DNA of 64,000 nucleotides, taken from Novakomyces olei. Lineage: Eukaryota. Positions 50,121-64,000 of the stretch are shown in pieces. Within the stretch, counting starts at the first letter, position 1; every line of letters starts with the position of its first letter. Position numbers and translations under genes: made by a program. Under the pieces are notes generated by a model. That model saw only the letters and a list, made by a program, of their open reading frames with translations, did no database searches and was not told where the DNA came from. The stretch covers positions 992,001 to 1,056,000 of the forward strand of contig JADEYG010000003.1 of assembly GCA_016906335.1 (NCBI GenBank), written 5' to 3'.

Positions 50121-51495
50121 ATGACCCAGAATGTCGATAGTCCGGCACAAGTGCGGTCTACGTGCTACGGCGGCCGTGGTGTCTTTTCGCAAAGAAAGTT
50201 CAGCAAAGGAGAACAAATCCTGTCCTGCGACCCCTTCGCATTTCGTGTAAACTCTGAATTTCGCAAAGAAGTTTGTCATTGGTGCTTTGAGTACCGCAAT
50301 GGTCGCAAAATGCCTCTTGCCGGGGCTGCAAGCTCAGGATCAGTCTCAAAAATATACACTTTTTTCTGTTCAGAGTCTTGTAAACTGCAGTTTCACGAAC
50401 AAATTGATACTGATGGTTTATACACTAGAGCATTGGCTCAGGTCGATGCTGCTTGTGCTCATAGGCAAAATGAACAGGGCACTGCTGACAATTTGCCTGC
50501 TTTAGCATGTGAGTATTAATTGAACAAGAGTCCATTAAAAGAAACAAAATTTACGGTTCACAAAACCATGGAGAAGAAAAAACAAAAAGGAAAAAAAAAG
50601 AAAAAAAAAAAAGAAGAAAAAAAACCTAGGACATTGAAAATGCCAATTAGAAACCATCTTTCTGAAAAAATCTGATGAAAGAAAAACTTCGAATAGTCGC
50701 TAATCGCTGCAAAAGATCGACGGGAAAAGGGTATCTTTGAGTACGATGTTTTGGCGTTTTTTGTTTCAGGCCTGGTTGCATTGCAGCAGGAAAGACAAGG
50801 TCGAGTTTCTGGTGCGGGCCAATGCCGTAGCTGGACCGAGTTTTGTAGCCTACAGAGCAATCTATCTCATTTACGAGAGCGCGATTCTTTTATAGATCGC
50901 GATTTGCAAGAGACGGCCAAGTTTATGAAGTCTTGTTTGCCTCCAGAGCTTGGATGTTTGGCAGATGCGTCTATTCTTGGTGATATACTTGGCCGTGACG
51001 CTGGTAATGCTTTTGGTATTTGGGAGCAGCCAGTCACAGGCGACTCGGAGTTTCTGGGATGGGTAAGTTTAAGTGTAATTAAAAACTAATGCACTGTAGG
51101 CCATATACCCACAGGCGTCCTTTTTCAACCATGGTACGTTTTGGTCGCTCTGACTGTAATTATCTTTTATCGATTGTATTTGATTGTATTTTGCATTTAT
51201 CTATTATTTTATTTATTCAATTTGTATTTAACTAAAAGTCTCGTATTTGCTTTAAATTAAACCATAACCAACAATCTAATCCACAGACTGCGACCCCAAT
51301 GTCGTAAAATCGCGAGCTAAACGGACAATGCAGTTCTTTGCCAATCAGGACGTGGAAGCAGACACGGAAATGACAATTAGCTACGGTGTTTTTGATCTTT
51401 CACAGGGCGAACGGCACGAAATGCTTAAAGAGAAATGGTTTTTCGATTGTGGATGTCGCATGTGCCGCCGAAAAGACGATAGAAGAGAGCAGTAA
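50121..51495 (+). CDS. SET6: SET/MYND (SMYD, Set6-like) lysine methyltransferase, multi-exon
   Basis: GGRGVF, RKEVCHWCF, FCSESC, NAFGIW, ASFFNH|DCDPN, ISYG, WFFDCGCRMC. Confidence 0.8.
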
Positions 51496-51565
51496 AAACG
51501 TCAAAAGCATTTGCCTATTCTCCCCCCTTCCCTCTCTCGCCGTAGCACCACCGTCCGTTCATTGT

Positions 51566-54500
51566 CTACTCTTCAAAGCGGTACGATACTTTGCGCATAT
51601 CGCCCAGCTTTTTACGAGCATTACTAAGCTCCTGCTCGTATTTGAGAATGGCCACTTGCTGCTCCATCTCCCGCACTTTGAAATCGCTTGGGGCAAGGGC
51701 GGCATAGTCCACCTGTACCTCCTTTTTGCCGCTTTCTGCGTCCATTATTGCCTCGACCTGTTTCACGAGGGCACGGCAGGCAGCGGAGACTGCCTTGGAG
51801 GCATCCTCCAGCTGCTCCTGTACACGAGAGCCAAACGTCGTTTTGACACGAGAGGCGGCGACCAGTTGGGCGGTTGCCGAGGCAACGTTATTGGAAGCCA
51901 CAATCAAATGCTCCAGGCTCTTTGTGCCGTCGAGCACTTGGTCGGCTGTGTCGATGAGCACATTAGTGGCCGAGGCAACTGCCTTGGCAGCAGAGATAAG
52001 GCCCTGAGTCCACCGGCTGTTCTTCTTGTAGAACTCGGCCCTTGAAGCAGTGCCCCTGCCCTGAGCCACGATCTCTGCCTGTGTGTCGCTCGAGGCCTTT
52101 ACGAGCCGGGCTACTGCCTCCATAATGGCAGTGGCAGCGGACAGGATAGCCTCATTGACCTGCCTGTCCCGAGGCGCAGCACTCTGCGACCTGTCCTGCT
52201 CAAACATGGCCTTGAGCCGGTCAGTAGCGGCATTGATTGCCTTTGCAGCTTTGCCAAACTCGTCGTCGACAATCTCTTCAGCATCTCGCTTGTCTGCGCC
52301 CATTGCAGCGAGCGAACGAGACTGGTCTTGCTGCATAAACTGGTCGACGAGGGTGGAGAGCTGTTGCAGCACTGACTGAACGGCAATGTTCTTGTCAATC
52401 ACGAGTCCCTGCCGAGCTTCAACGTCGAGGTGTGCCACTTTGAAGGAGAGCAGACTGGAGAAAAAGTCCTGCGCCAGCTCGGCAGCCCGAGCAGCGAGCC
52501 GGACAGCCGGCTCGCCCTCGGCCTCGTCGATGTACTGCAGGACGCCCTTGACGTAGGCGAGCACATCGTCCACGCCGGAAGTGAAGGCACTGCTCGCTGT
52601 GATAATTGGAGCCAAAGGCACCTGCTGACCGCCTTCGCCGCCATCGCCATCGCCCTCGGACTCGGCAAAGTAGTCGTTGAAGGCAGTGGCAAAGTCAGTG
52701 GCCGCCACTGACGTCTTTTCTGTGCTCGACAGCAGCAGCTGCGGAGAGGCATGGTACTTGGCTCCCTCCACTGGCGTATCCAGCTGGAAGAGGGAGTCCT
52801 CAATACGCTGAATGGCCGTCTGGAGAACGGCATCAAGCAAGTCGAGCAGCTCGTCTTTGCCCGCTGCCGATGATTTGGTATTGTTTTGCTGAAGCGCATT
52901 CAGCTGCAGCAAAGACTCGTCCATTCCCGCCTTGTACACCTCCAACTCTCCGTCTTTTGCCTCTAATTCAGCCTGCAAATCTTTGCAGCGCTGCTGTAAT
53001 CGTGAATCAGAGTCCTGCAGAGTCTTTGTCTTGTTGCGTAGCGCCTCTTCCATATCCGCAATCTCTCTATTGCACCGAGAGAGAGCAAGAGACAGCTCAG
53101 CGTTCCGATCACGCAGCTCGTTGGCGTCTTTTTCAACGGCAAATTGAATGTCCCTCCGCTGCTTTTCCGCCTCGTTCTTGTGTGAAGCTTTCAGCCTGTC
53201 CAGATCGTGACGGGCACGGTCTCTCTCGCGGATCAAATCGGCCAGCTCAATGTTCTTGGCCTTCATGTCCCGCTCCATCCTCTCCCTCTTGTCGATCGAC
53301 TCCTGTGCAGACTGCGCCTTGAGCTGCATCTGCTTGAACTTGGACAGTTGGTCCAAGTGCTCCTGGCGCAGCTGAGTGTACAGCTTAGCCAGAGACTCGT
53401 ACTTGGACCTCCACATGGTTACTTGCTGCTGCAGCGAATCAATAAGCTGGTCCCGTGAGGATAACTGCTGCAGCGAGTTTTGCTGCAGCTGGCCAATCTC
53501 GTTCTCCAGCGCTTTCACCCTGTTGTCGTACTGCTCCAGCATCAGCTGGTCACGGTCGTACTGGCCCCGCATCGCCAGAATCTCGCGCTCAAGGTCCGCT
53601 AGTCTGCCCTGCGCTTGGTGCTGGTACTGGTCCCTCATCAGCTGATCCTGGGCCATTTGCTGTGCCAGCTCTTGCTGACGCTGCTGCTCTTGGAACTGCC
53701 GCTGCTGCTCTAACGCTTGTTGCCTCTGACGCTCCATCTCTTCCTGCTGCTGACGCTCTATCTCCCGCTGCTGCGCCAGCTGCTGCTGAGCAGCGTTCTG
53801 ATCGCTCCAGAAATCGTCCATCGACTCTGGCTCACTCGGCGTGGTGCTTCGCGGAGCGGCATTTCTGTTGACTCTTGCATCCGTGCCTGTCTGCGCCGGC
53901 CGCTGCGGCAGAGCCGGTGGCATCTCCTCACCTTCAATGTCCAAAATTGGTGGGTCTTGCGGAAGCTTTGGGATGGATATCAGGCTTGTCAGGTAGCGCA
54001 GCGTTGAGCACTCGTAGTAGAACTTGAGTAGCGCATGGTGCTGGGCAATGTACTTTGTTTTTAGCGGCTCAAGAATGTCTTCGCTCTCGACAGCTATTGC
54101 GTTAGATTCGTAAAGTAAGAGAAACACAATATATAAATATAAATTTAAATATAAATTTAAATTTAAATTTAAAAAAATTTATATATATATAATCTAGAAA
54201 TAATTGGAAATTATTGAAATAGACATGATCACAATAAACAGAAAAAGCCAAAGAATTAATGTTCAGCCTACTTGCAGAAAGTGCGCGCAAAAGGCCAGTG
54301 AGAAACTTGTAGATGCCATAGCTCTCGACTACAAGAGGCACAAGTGCAGAAATACGGCATTCGTTAGCTGATCCGGGCACAAATGTAGCAAAGATTAGTC
54401 GCTGGAAATCGTCAATCTCATCGAGCAATCCCTGCATCTCTGACGTCGTCTCGTAACTAACGATTAGACTCGGCTTTTCAACAAGGCAACCCTACCATTC

Positions 54501-55166
54501 GTCCGGGTTGTTAACGTTGCGCAGACTCGTATATTCGTCATAGTCAAAAGTACCTAGAGCGTAAGCAAGAGCAACATAGGCAGCAGCCTACCATTAAACT
54601 CTGGGTGATCACGATGGAAGTATATTTTGTGGATCAAATAAGTCGAGTATCGCTGAATTAGCTGACCGTATCCACGAGCAGTTTGCGTCTGAAATGCTCT
54701 ATTACAGCTTTCGAACCAGTTTACCTGGTTCTGGACGTCCACAAGACACACTTCGTGGCCTTCTTGCAGTACCTTATGCACCAATATGAGCGCTTTAAAA
54801 GTCTGCACTTCGTCCGTGAATATAGGCTGTACCTTCAGACTCGACCAGAATGGGATTGATGTTTGATGATCCCACGTATACACAATACAGCCTGTAAATA
54901 TTGCCTCGTTGCCAACTTGCACGGGTCTCTAAAAGCCCAAGCAAATTCACAAAAAGCGCGATTAGTGCTGAGGGCATTGCAAATGACTCACTTCGAACAT
55001 GCTTCCGCTTGGGCGCACTTTCCACGGGCGTTGTGGCCTTGCGAATACTCGTGATCAAATCGGCGTCCTTGTGATGGACATCCGACCGCATTGGCGGTGA
55101 GACCGCTGAGAAAGGCTGACTATACCTTTTGGAATTAGCAATTAATACACAGCGCCCGACTCACAT
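51566..55166 (-). CDS. SLA2: Endocytic adaptor Sla2/End4 (ANTH, coiled coil, I/LWEQ), multi-exon
   Basis: ESAPKRKHVR, FKALILVHKVLQEGH, CRISALVPLVVESYGIY, FYKKNSRWTQGLISAAKAVA, QLVAASRVK. Confidence 0.96.
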
Positions 55167-55760
55167 TGCGAAATTGGTGGCTCTCAATGCCTCAATGCGT
55201 TTCTGTCCCGCGGTCAATGCGAAACCGCGCCTTCCGTATATCAGTCAACAGTAGGATTTTGTATGCGATAAGATTGTATATAACAATATTATACCGTTGG
55301 CTCTATTATAATAATATACTTGTAAACTTCTTGTAATAAATATTAAATTTAATAAATAAATTTTATGAATAAAATTAATAAATAAAATTAATAAAAATAA
55401 ATAAATAAAACAGATAAACATAATAAATTAAAATAATAATATTCTCGTAAAATATCGAGTATTAATTGCAAATATTAGTTATTTTTAGTGATCTAAATGT
55501 TTATAAAAACCATAGCTTGCCGCGAAGGACACATGATAAAGAAAATATTTAATAATACAAAATACAGAGACAAGAACCAAAAGTATACAACGAGCACATC
55601 AGATACTTCTACGAGTCCAAGCAACAAGCTAAAAGCTGGAAACAGCTTAATTTACAACACAAGTCTACAATTATCTACTGTCCCAATTGTCAATGTCAAT
55701 GATTTTAAATGATATCCTGGTCTAGCCTTACTCCACTCGATATCAAGCTGCCGAAATAAG

Positions 55761-56384
55761 CTATTCCTCCTCCTCTTCAGCGCCCTCAGCGCTCTGCTCT
55801 GCCAGCCTGGCGCGCTTTCTTCGTGTGCGTCCAGGCCGTGCACCACCGAGCGGCGACGACAAGGAGAAATCAATGTGCTTCTGTGAATCGAGGCGGACCA
55901 TAAAGCTGGGAATATTGACAATTTGCTTGCCGACCCTAAACAGTTAGAATTCTTGCCGATAAATACTGGCTTCTTACCGAATATGACGCTGGAAGATTAG
56001 CACACGAGCATGGTGGATGCTCTTGGCAAGACCAAGCTTGAACACCTGAGTCTGCAGACGGCGCTCCAAGAAATCCTCAATGCGCAGAGCCAATACGTAA
56101 TCGAGCTTCATGCGTGATTCGTCCAACACACCCACGCGTACAAGACGGCGGATAAGGGCGTTGCCCTCGAAAAGGCGCTTGGGGTCCTTCTCATCGAGCT
56201 TCAAAAGTTCACGAGCAGCACGACGAATCTTGGACAGAGTGAAAAGCACACGCCAGATTTCGTGCTTGTTTTTTAGGCCATACTCGCCGATAAGCTTGAG
56301 CTCGGAGTCGAGACGCGCCGACTCAAAGGGACGGCGCGGAACCTTATAGGTCTTGCTGTACTTGCGCGGTGCTCCGGCAGCCAT
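55761..56384 (-). CDS. RPS9: 40S ribosomal protein S9/uS4 (intron ~55936-55977)
   Basis: [28 protein letters not shown] | [11 protein letters not shown]. Confidence 0.97.
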
Positions 56385-56981
56385 TGTGTGTCTAGTTGAG
56401 ATTGTGTGTCCCGTCTGCTTGTTTGTTGCTACCAGATGCGTGACGGTTAGGGCTCAACCCTGGAACTGTACGTATTTATATTACGGGGAATATTCAGATT
56501 CAGATATAGCGTATTACTTGTTAGTACTGCTCTATGCACTTTGCCGGGCTATAATATTTTATCTCCTCCATACTAAATGCCTATTATAATAGGCACAATT
56601 TCTCTCATCGAACTATAGTAGGCCTTGTCGTTACATCACCAGCCCGTCCGTTTCGAACTAAATCGGCATAGGAGACCAGTATGGCCTGGGCTAGGTAGAT
56701 CTACAAGGCTGCAGGCTCTACAATTACATCAAATTCGTTCTCTCGATTTTCTTTTAATAATCTTGTTGCTTACCAGTGCTCAATTGTTCCCCAATCCTAT
56801 ACATCTTGAGAGCGAGCAGGGCATCAGCTTTAAATATAATCTATTCAAGAAACTGCTATACGCGTTTCCCAATTACAGCATCAATAGGATCGATTGAATA
56901 GTAAAGAGCACAGTTTGAATAGAAATGATTTATTTTTCCTATATCGGTACTAGCACAAATGGTAGAAAAATAAGATCCTGT

Positions 56982-57777
56982 TTACTCATCATCCTCCTTG
57001 CTTGCACTGGGCTCGGCCTCTGCGGCACCGCCTTCTGATTCTTCCGCCTCGCCGGCAGTAGCTTCCTCCTCTCCACCAGCAGGAGCCTCATCTTCCTCCT
57101 CTTCGTCTTCCTCTTGCACTTTACGGCCCCAGCCGCCATTGTTCCAGCGCTCGTACAGCTCGTTGCTCAAAGGAGCTGCAACAGTCACAGAGTTGAGCGC
57201 GCTTGGTGCTTCACGAGGCGCAGCATTAGGGTCGCCACCAGGATGGTACCTATATTTGAAGGTATCAACACGGTTCTGCGATCCGCTCTCTGACTGCCAT
57301 GGCAGAGCCCCTTTCTCGGGCATCACTACATTCTTGTCAGACGGACTTTCGGTGCCTTTTGTGCCGAGGTAGTATCCCGCGACAGCGAAAATACCGCTCA
57401 GAGCACCGAGTTGAATGATGTTTTCGGGATCACGCCGGAAGCTGAAGATAGTGTCAGTGGTAGGTATAAACAATTAAATAATAAGCATGGCAAACAGCGC
57501 ATGAACAAGACAGTATGTGATTTGTATTTGATATGGCTCAGTTATCTATACAAGCTTATATTAAACTCCATTCAGTCTCATGTCTTGTTCGTAATGAATG
57601 AAGTCCCGAAAACTGCATGAATCGAAGATCCATGACAAGATGCGCAAGCAGCAAATCATAATAAATCGTCATTCTCTTCAATTTTCCAAGCCGAGGCCTG
57701 TGCGACCAGAGTATTCAAAACACAAGGCCAAGTTTGAGTAAAACTTACATTGTTTTAAAGATCTTGGCGCTAGACAT
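56982..57777 (-). CDS. Small single-TM conserved fungal protein with acidic tail (intron ~57442-57748)
   Basis: MSSAKIFKTI|FRRDPE.., TM segment, PWQ, FKYRYHPGGDP..APSAL. Confidence 0.7.
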
Positions 57778-59187
57778 GCTGATGGATCAGAGCGTAGTGC
57801 TTAGGGACGAAGGCTGCAGAATATCCGATGTTGTTTGCGTAACTAAACAACAAGTTAAAACGTGGTGATAAAGGCAGGGAACACCGGCTCCCAAAATTGG
57901 CTGAAAGCAAAGCTAATTGTGCAACTTACAATATAAAGCGATTGACGAGCTCAGCAGGCAACACCTTCCGCCAATGTGGTATTTGGAGAAACAGATTCGG
58001 CCCACTTTATACTTGTTGATTTATTGGTACGCAGTATGAGCGCCGTAAAGTAGTGGAAATATACCTAAAAATGCAAAATATATGAATCAGTATAGTGTCC
58101 GGATATATGATTTATATATGTCGAAGTATCGTACCAAAGAACGATATTGATGTTTTTTTATATAATATGTGTTGAATAAGCTATAAATATGGTCCTAAAT
58201 ATTGGGTTAGGACACATATACATACTACACTCAAACCTCTTAACTGACCGACTTCATTTATCCATTCATTAATTTGTTCAACGACATAGAAAACCCTAGC
58301 CAAACTATATATCTGCGTTGAGCAGACATTAATCAATTAACATCAACGGAATCTAAAGATACGTACTACACATACGTTACCACTGATTGTCTTTCGTCCT
58401 AGTCGATAACCTATCGTAGTTCTCTTTTGAATCCTTTTCTGTTGAGTCCCAACAAATTTTTGAAAATTTTTGGAGCTTTTTATTGGGCTCATATTGCCTT
58501 TGTTCAGAATTGTACGCCTTTACTATCTAATCTCTTAGCATTGTGGATTTCCGTACTATAGCCTGTAAGCGCGTATAACGGGCATTTGATGCCACAGGCC
58601 AGCAAGATTTCACCAGCCGATGAATACCGTAGCATGACTTGTAAGCGAGCAGGCAATCCTACTTGAAGACTTATCAAGTGTGACAAATAAAAACGTGACA
58701 GGCGTGATAAAGTGAGATGGAGTGGAATCATTGTGATACCTGATACCTCGTGATTGGCCACTATGTGCCTGTTTGGGTTCTCGTTTGATACATCTCCTCC
58801 ATTAGACTCGTTCCTACCGTAGAAAGTAAACTACGACCTTGCTGCACCTTGGGAAACTGACAGTTGTATTAATGCGTACGTTTTCTTTTTGCAGTGTATT
58901 CTGAGGGCGCGTATTCCTTCCTTTATTCCTTGTACATGAATTAATAGTAAGTCGGGTCCAAGCTAATGGTATTAGTGTAGCGCTAACACTAGCACCTGCA
59001 TACTGTATGTGGACTAGAGCACTGGAAATTCCCTGTGCTCTATTATTAATCTTACGAGTTGGTATAACTCAGGTATGTTTTTGCTGCCAAAGCAACTGTA
59101 GTTTAAAAATAATGTGGCTTAATTGCTGCCGTTACTCGTCTCTGAACTCTAAAAGTGCAGGGTGGATGCGGCAAACACGTGGTAGTA

Positions 59188-59290
59188 ATATTATATGTAA
59201 AAAATATTATATGTAAAAAATATTATATGTAAAAAATATTATATGTAAAAAATAAAAAATATTATATGTACAAAATATTATATGTAATAA
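59188..59290. repeat. ~16-bp (TATTATATGTAAAAAA) tandem units x5-6 upstream of RAC1
   Basis: Read directly from the sequence. Confidence 0.9.
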
Positions 59291-59679
59291 ATATTTAATA
59301 TAGACTAATTGAATGTGAACGAGGGCGGCAGCACTATGGAGATGGATTACATGAAATCCAGTATCGATATTATATAATACCCCTCGAACAAGCGTGTGCT
59401 GCATGGTACAATATATTCGGTATAAAAAACACAGAATAGTGGACAACAACGTCGATACGATAAAGCCGCCACCGCAGCAGCAAAATCCGGTGGTTTCGAG
59501 CCTTCCTTCCTGTTATTTTCTTACAGTCTACGCTCGTTTTCTTTTACACCCGTTTCTTGTCTCAATTGCGCTTGATTGGTTTGCCGCGCCAAGCAGGGGC
59601 TTTGTATGGTTGAATTGATCCAGATTCACTGAACTTCGTCTCGTCGCCAGAGGTACATGCCGCGCAATCGCTCCGGCAT

Positions 59680-60702
<1,023 letters not shown>

Positions 60703-61610
60703 ATAGCCTGCTTTCTGTTATCAACCTATTTGGAGGTTTTTGTTTCTGGTGTTTTGGATAAAATTCATTTATTTGATCTCGTCAACGTATGAGACTTTAA
60801 TATTTATTGTTTTCAAATCGAAGAAAATGGAGTTATAGAAGATCCATTTAGCACTGCTTTTAGATTTGTAGTATTACGGTTCTACACAACTATGCCAAGA
60901 GGCTGATATGTGTAAAAGACAGGAAATTTGGCTACATCAAGCTTGCTCCAAGGCCTTTGATTGGGCCAAAAGTACAAGCACTTTAATGTGAACCTGCGAG
61001 AGTAATTCGAGGCGAGAGTCTATAACGAACTAACGATTGAATCCTTGTATTGATACTTGATAAATTATAAAGATGACGGCATGTCCGACAAAAGACAAAT
61101 CTATATACAAGAGAACACGCTTGCCGATATTCAAATTGTTCAACAAGTAGTTTCCGCCGCGGTGGCGTCAAGTAGCCAAAGGTACGAAGACCGCAAACCA
61201 ATTTGGCTAAACAAAACTCACCAAAACCAAAAACATCACTCAAGTAAGCGCGTTCTCGGGTAAAAGAGGCTCTCCGCCGAGAATGCATCATCTTCAATAC
61301 GACTCGAAAACAAATAATGTCCCTCCACGTGAACCACAAATAGAGGTCGCAGGAGCAAACAAACGAAAGCAAATGACGATAAAAACAAGGATAGGTAATA
61401 TTATTTCAGAAAAAAGATAGAGCAACTCAAGACTGGTTCACAATATGTACTAATAAATTGGCCGGTATCGAACACGCAGATACGGCAGACTTGTTCGTAG
61501 ACACTCCTCAAGACCGTGCCGATCCTTTTGTATGCTCAACGAGCAAACAAAGAAACCGATGGCAAAGTTGCAAAGCGGTACAAGTCCAAAAACCGGAGCA
61601 GTGTCCGAGA

Positions 61611-61949
61611 TCAAAATCCGTGGATTTTGATGTTACGCTTCGGGATCTGAAGCTGAGCGTGGAGGAACTCACTGACTTTGACACGTTGATCACCCTGGAG
61701 TTGCATCACATTTCCCAGCTCATTATCCGCAACAATAGTGCCGTTGCAAGCAAAATCCTTCTTCAGGACCTTTAGAACCTTCTTGGGGTCATACTCCTCC
61801 GGCAGACCTTGAACAGTAGTCAGCGTCTTGCGTCCGCTGCGCTGCTGAATACGAATATGGATGTAGCCCTTGGCTCCACTGTCGTCGTCGCCAGTATCAG
61901 CAAAGGGATCGACAGTCTTAAAGTTCTGGATCTGATCAACCTGCGACAT
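61611..61949 (-). CDS. SUI1: Translation initiation factor eIF1
   Basis: IHIRIQQRSGRKTLTTVQG, KKDFACNG, QLQGDQR, IKIHGF. Confidence 0.97.
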   Translation of the reverse strand: MSQVDQIQNFKTVDPFADTGDDDSGAKGYIHIRIQQRSGRKTLTTVQGLPEEYDPKKVLKVLKKDFACNGTIVADNELGNVMQLQGDQRVKVSEFLHAQLQIPKRNIKIHGF

Positions 61950-62730
61950 ACAATAGAGGGGCGTCTCGTAGACACGGATAACAGAGGAGGTTGGAAGGGC
62001 GTAAAGAGAGTTGAGTTTTTGAGAGAAAAAGTCTGTGCGGCTTTGTAAGTTTAAAGGCTGAAAGAGTTGAAAAACCGTGAATGCAGGTAAGAGACAGGTA
62101 TCTGCTAAAAACGCCTCTCTTGATCAGCTCTAAAGTTGTGGTGTGGGTTTCTTTGAGAAGAGCGTATGCGGTACACGGACCCGTCGAACAAAATAATATA
62201 TGGGCGGAAAAGGGAGGAAAATTTACGCTTTAATTTTGCACCATAATTATTGGAGGGAACAAAGGTCAAGAAGGGTTTACAAGGGTTATATTACATTCGC
62301 GATAGCTGTAATACTACTGCAATCTTACTTGTTGGTTTGTCAGGCGCGTGATGGACTAAATTTATGGATCGTGGTATTGGGACGTTGAGAATTAAAAGTA
62401 ATGTTGGTGCACGTCATCTACGTTGCAAAAGCGGCCACAGCAGCCAATTAGCACGGCGGCTAATAGCTTTTATTGTACATAATTTGGAGACGTCAGAGGC
62501 ACTATTGCATATTAATTAAATCATATCATACAAAGACACAAAGTCGTAGCATATAATCCTGGAAGCCGGCGCACGTTAAACGTTCAATCAGAGAGTATTT
62601 AACCGCAGCCACAATTAAGTCAAAACTTTAAAAACAAATAAAAGGTAAGGATGCAGTTTCCGATATGTACAGGATGCAGGTAGAAAAAGGAACAACAGAA
62701 ACGCAGACGTGTGTAACCTTAAAAGGCCAA

Positions 62731-64000
62731 TCAAGCAGAGGCCATCAGATTCTCGAACCGAAGACACAGTTCATCAGTCATCGAGGCTTTGGCATTTTGC
62801 TGTCTCAAGCTTTCAGCAATTTGACCAACAATAAAAGCAGACCGAATATTCAGATTTCTTCTTTGTCGCTTGGCAAAAAACGCTTCATATATACCACACA
62901 CCGTCTCCGCACCAGATCTGAGAGATGACGTGTAGTCATTCATGGAAATCACTCCGGCTGAAGCGGTAATTTGCTTGAGTAAAATCTCTATAAATACCAG
63001 GCTCACACAACCCAAGCCACACGTATCAATGCTGGCCTAAAATTATTAGTAAAACACGACTAAAGCTAGAGTAGCACAAAAGTAGATTAGAAAAAAAGTG
63101 AATTCGAAAAAAAGAAGAGTAGAAAAAATATAGATTGTAATAAAGTATGTAATAGAAGCTTTCGATCAAACTTACAGTCTCGCTGGCAGACGAACCCAGA
63201 ACCGTATAATATAGGGTCTCGAGCACCGTTTTCGATCCGCTAATCATTGCAATATTTTCATGGTAGCGTTCGCATACCTGCTGTCGTAGATACGGCGTGC
63301 AAACTTCAAAAAATCCTCGCTTAATAAGCAGGACGCAGGTGCTACATTTGCGTAAAGCACAGTGAACAGAGTACTTTGTGCCATCCATGAGCCCAAATCT
63401 CTGGAGTGTACTAAAGTAATGAATGTCTTGCCTTTCTCTTTCCATTTCGGCCAAATAAGCTGTATCTGCGTCCACTATGCGTGAGCTGATCGGTTCTTCG
63501 AAGAAAAGAGCCTGCATAAAAGCCAGAGAGCAATAAAGTCGCAGCTGCAGCTCTATTGCCACCACGAGACCGGGCGACAGTTTATTGAAACGGCGAGCTT
63601 CCAGGAGAGCTTGAACAATGTTTTTCCCCCCAATAGCATGGCGCCAGTACCCATCCCAATCGTTGCGATTTCGGCAGTAAGAACATAGGATTATGGTCAC
63701 AAGCAATACACGGAGAACATGAGCCTGATCCCACCGGAACAGCTGTATATCTTGCTGTGATCTCTGCAGGGCATTTATATAGAACAATATACCACTGTTC
63801 TCAGATATTGTCCCCATTGCCATTACTGAGCAGGAAGCAGCTTCAGAGGACATGATTGCAGGCACAAAGATATCACTTATGTTTGTTATCCAACCGTCGG
63901 CATAGACTGCGATATGGGGATCACAGGCCATTGACCACTCGGACAAGAAGAGCAATGTATTCTGCATTACTGCTGCTTTCCCAGTCAGTCGACAGTGCCA
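62731..64000 (-). CDS. 3' part of a fungal-specific transcription-factor-domain protein (5' end outside window; intron ~63039-63174)
   Basis: Long ORF with FVPAIMSSEAA..MAMG, YINAL, LLVTIILC..W..H pattern resembling the Fungal_trans_2 region. Confidence 0.5.

Noticed and set aside
51386-54007. Numerous antisense ORFs over SLA2 and other genes
   Set aside because: Shadow ORFs of GC-rich coding sequence
57500-57680. Possible intronic box C/D snoRNA (ATGACGA...CTGA on the minus strand)
   Set aside because: Imperfect C box and no convincing rRNA-complementary guide by eye
58000-59600. Short ORFs or transposon remnants in long intergenic regions (also 29000-30400 and 60800-61600)
   Set aside because: No recognisable domain, terminal repeats or coding signal

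Overview
Compact, intron-rich, gene-dense fungal chromosome segment. It looks like an early-diverging ascomycete yeast (Taphrinomycotina or basal Saccharomycotina; this is inference). It carries about 33 protein-coding genes and one dioxygenase pseudogene. The window appears to contain the mating-type locus: a TALE-like homeodomain gene (alpha2/Pi-like, 42198-42716) and an alpha-box/HMG gene (alpha1/Pc-like, 45232-45702). A ~15-intron F-BAR/RhoGAP gene (Rgd1/Rga7-like) sits between them, and the classic MAT neighbours SLA2, APN2, COX13, CIA30 and SUI1 are spread over ~50 kb. Notable sequence architecture: (i) divergent promoters made almost entirely of long (ATT)n or other AT tandem repeats; (ii) bimodal introns, either ~40-55 nt or 110-410 nt with strand-polarised A- or T-rich cores, and similar A-rich patches written in-frame into long exons; (iii) TTAGGG telobox dimers at many gene boundaries, with a Tay1/Teb1-like double-Myb telobox-binding gene in the same window. 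Exon boundaries were read by eye and are approximate.
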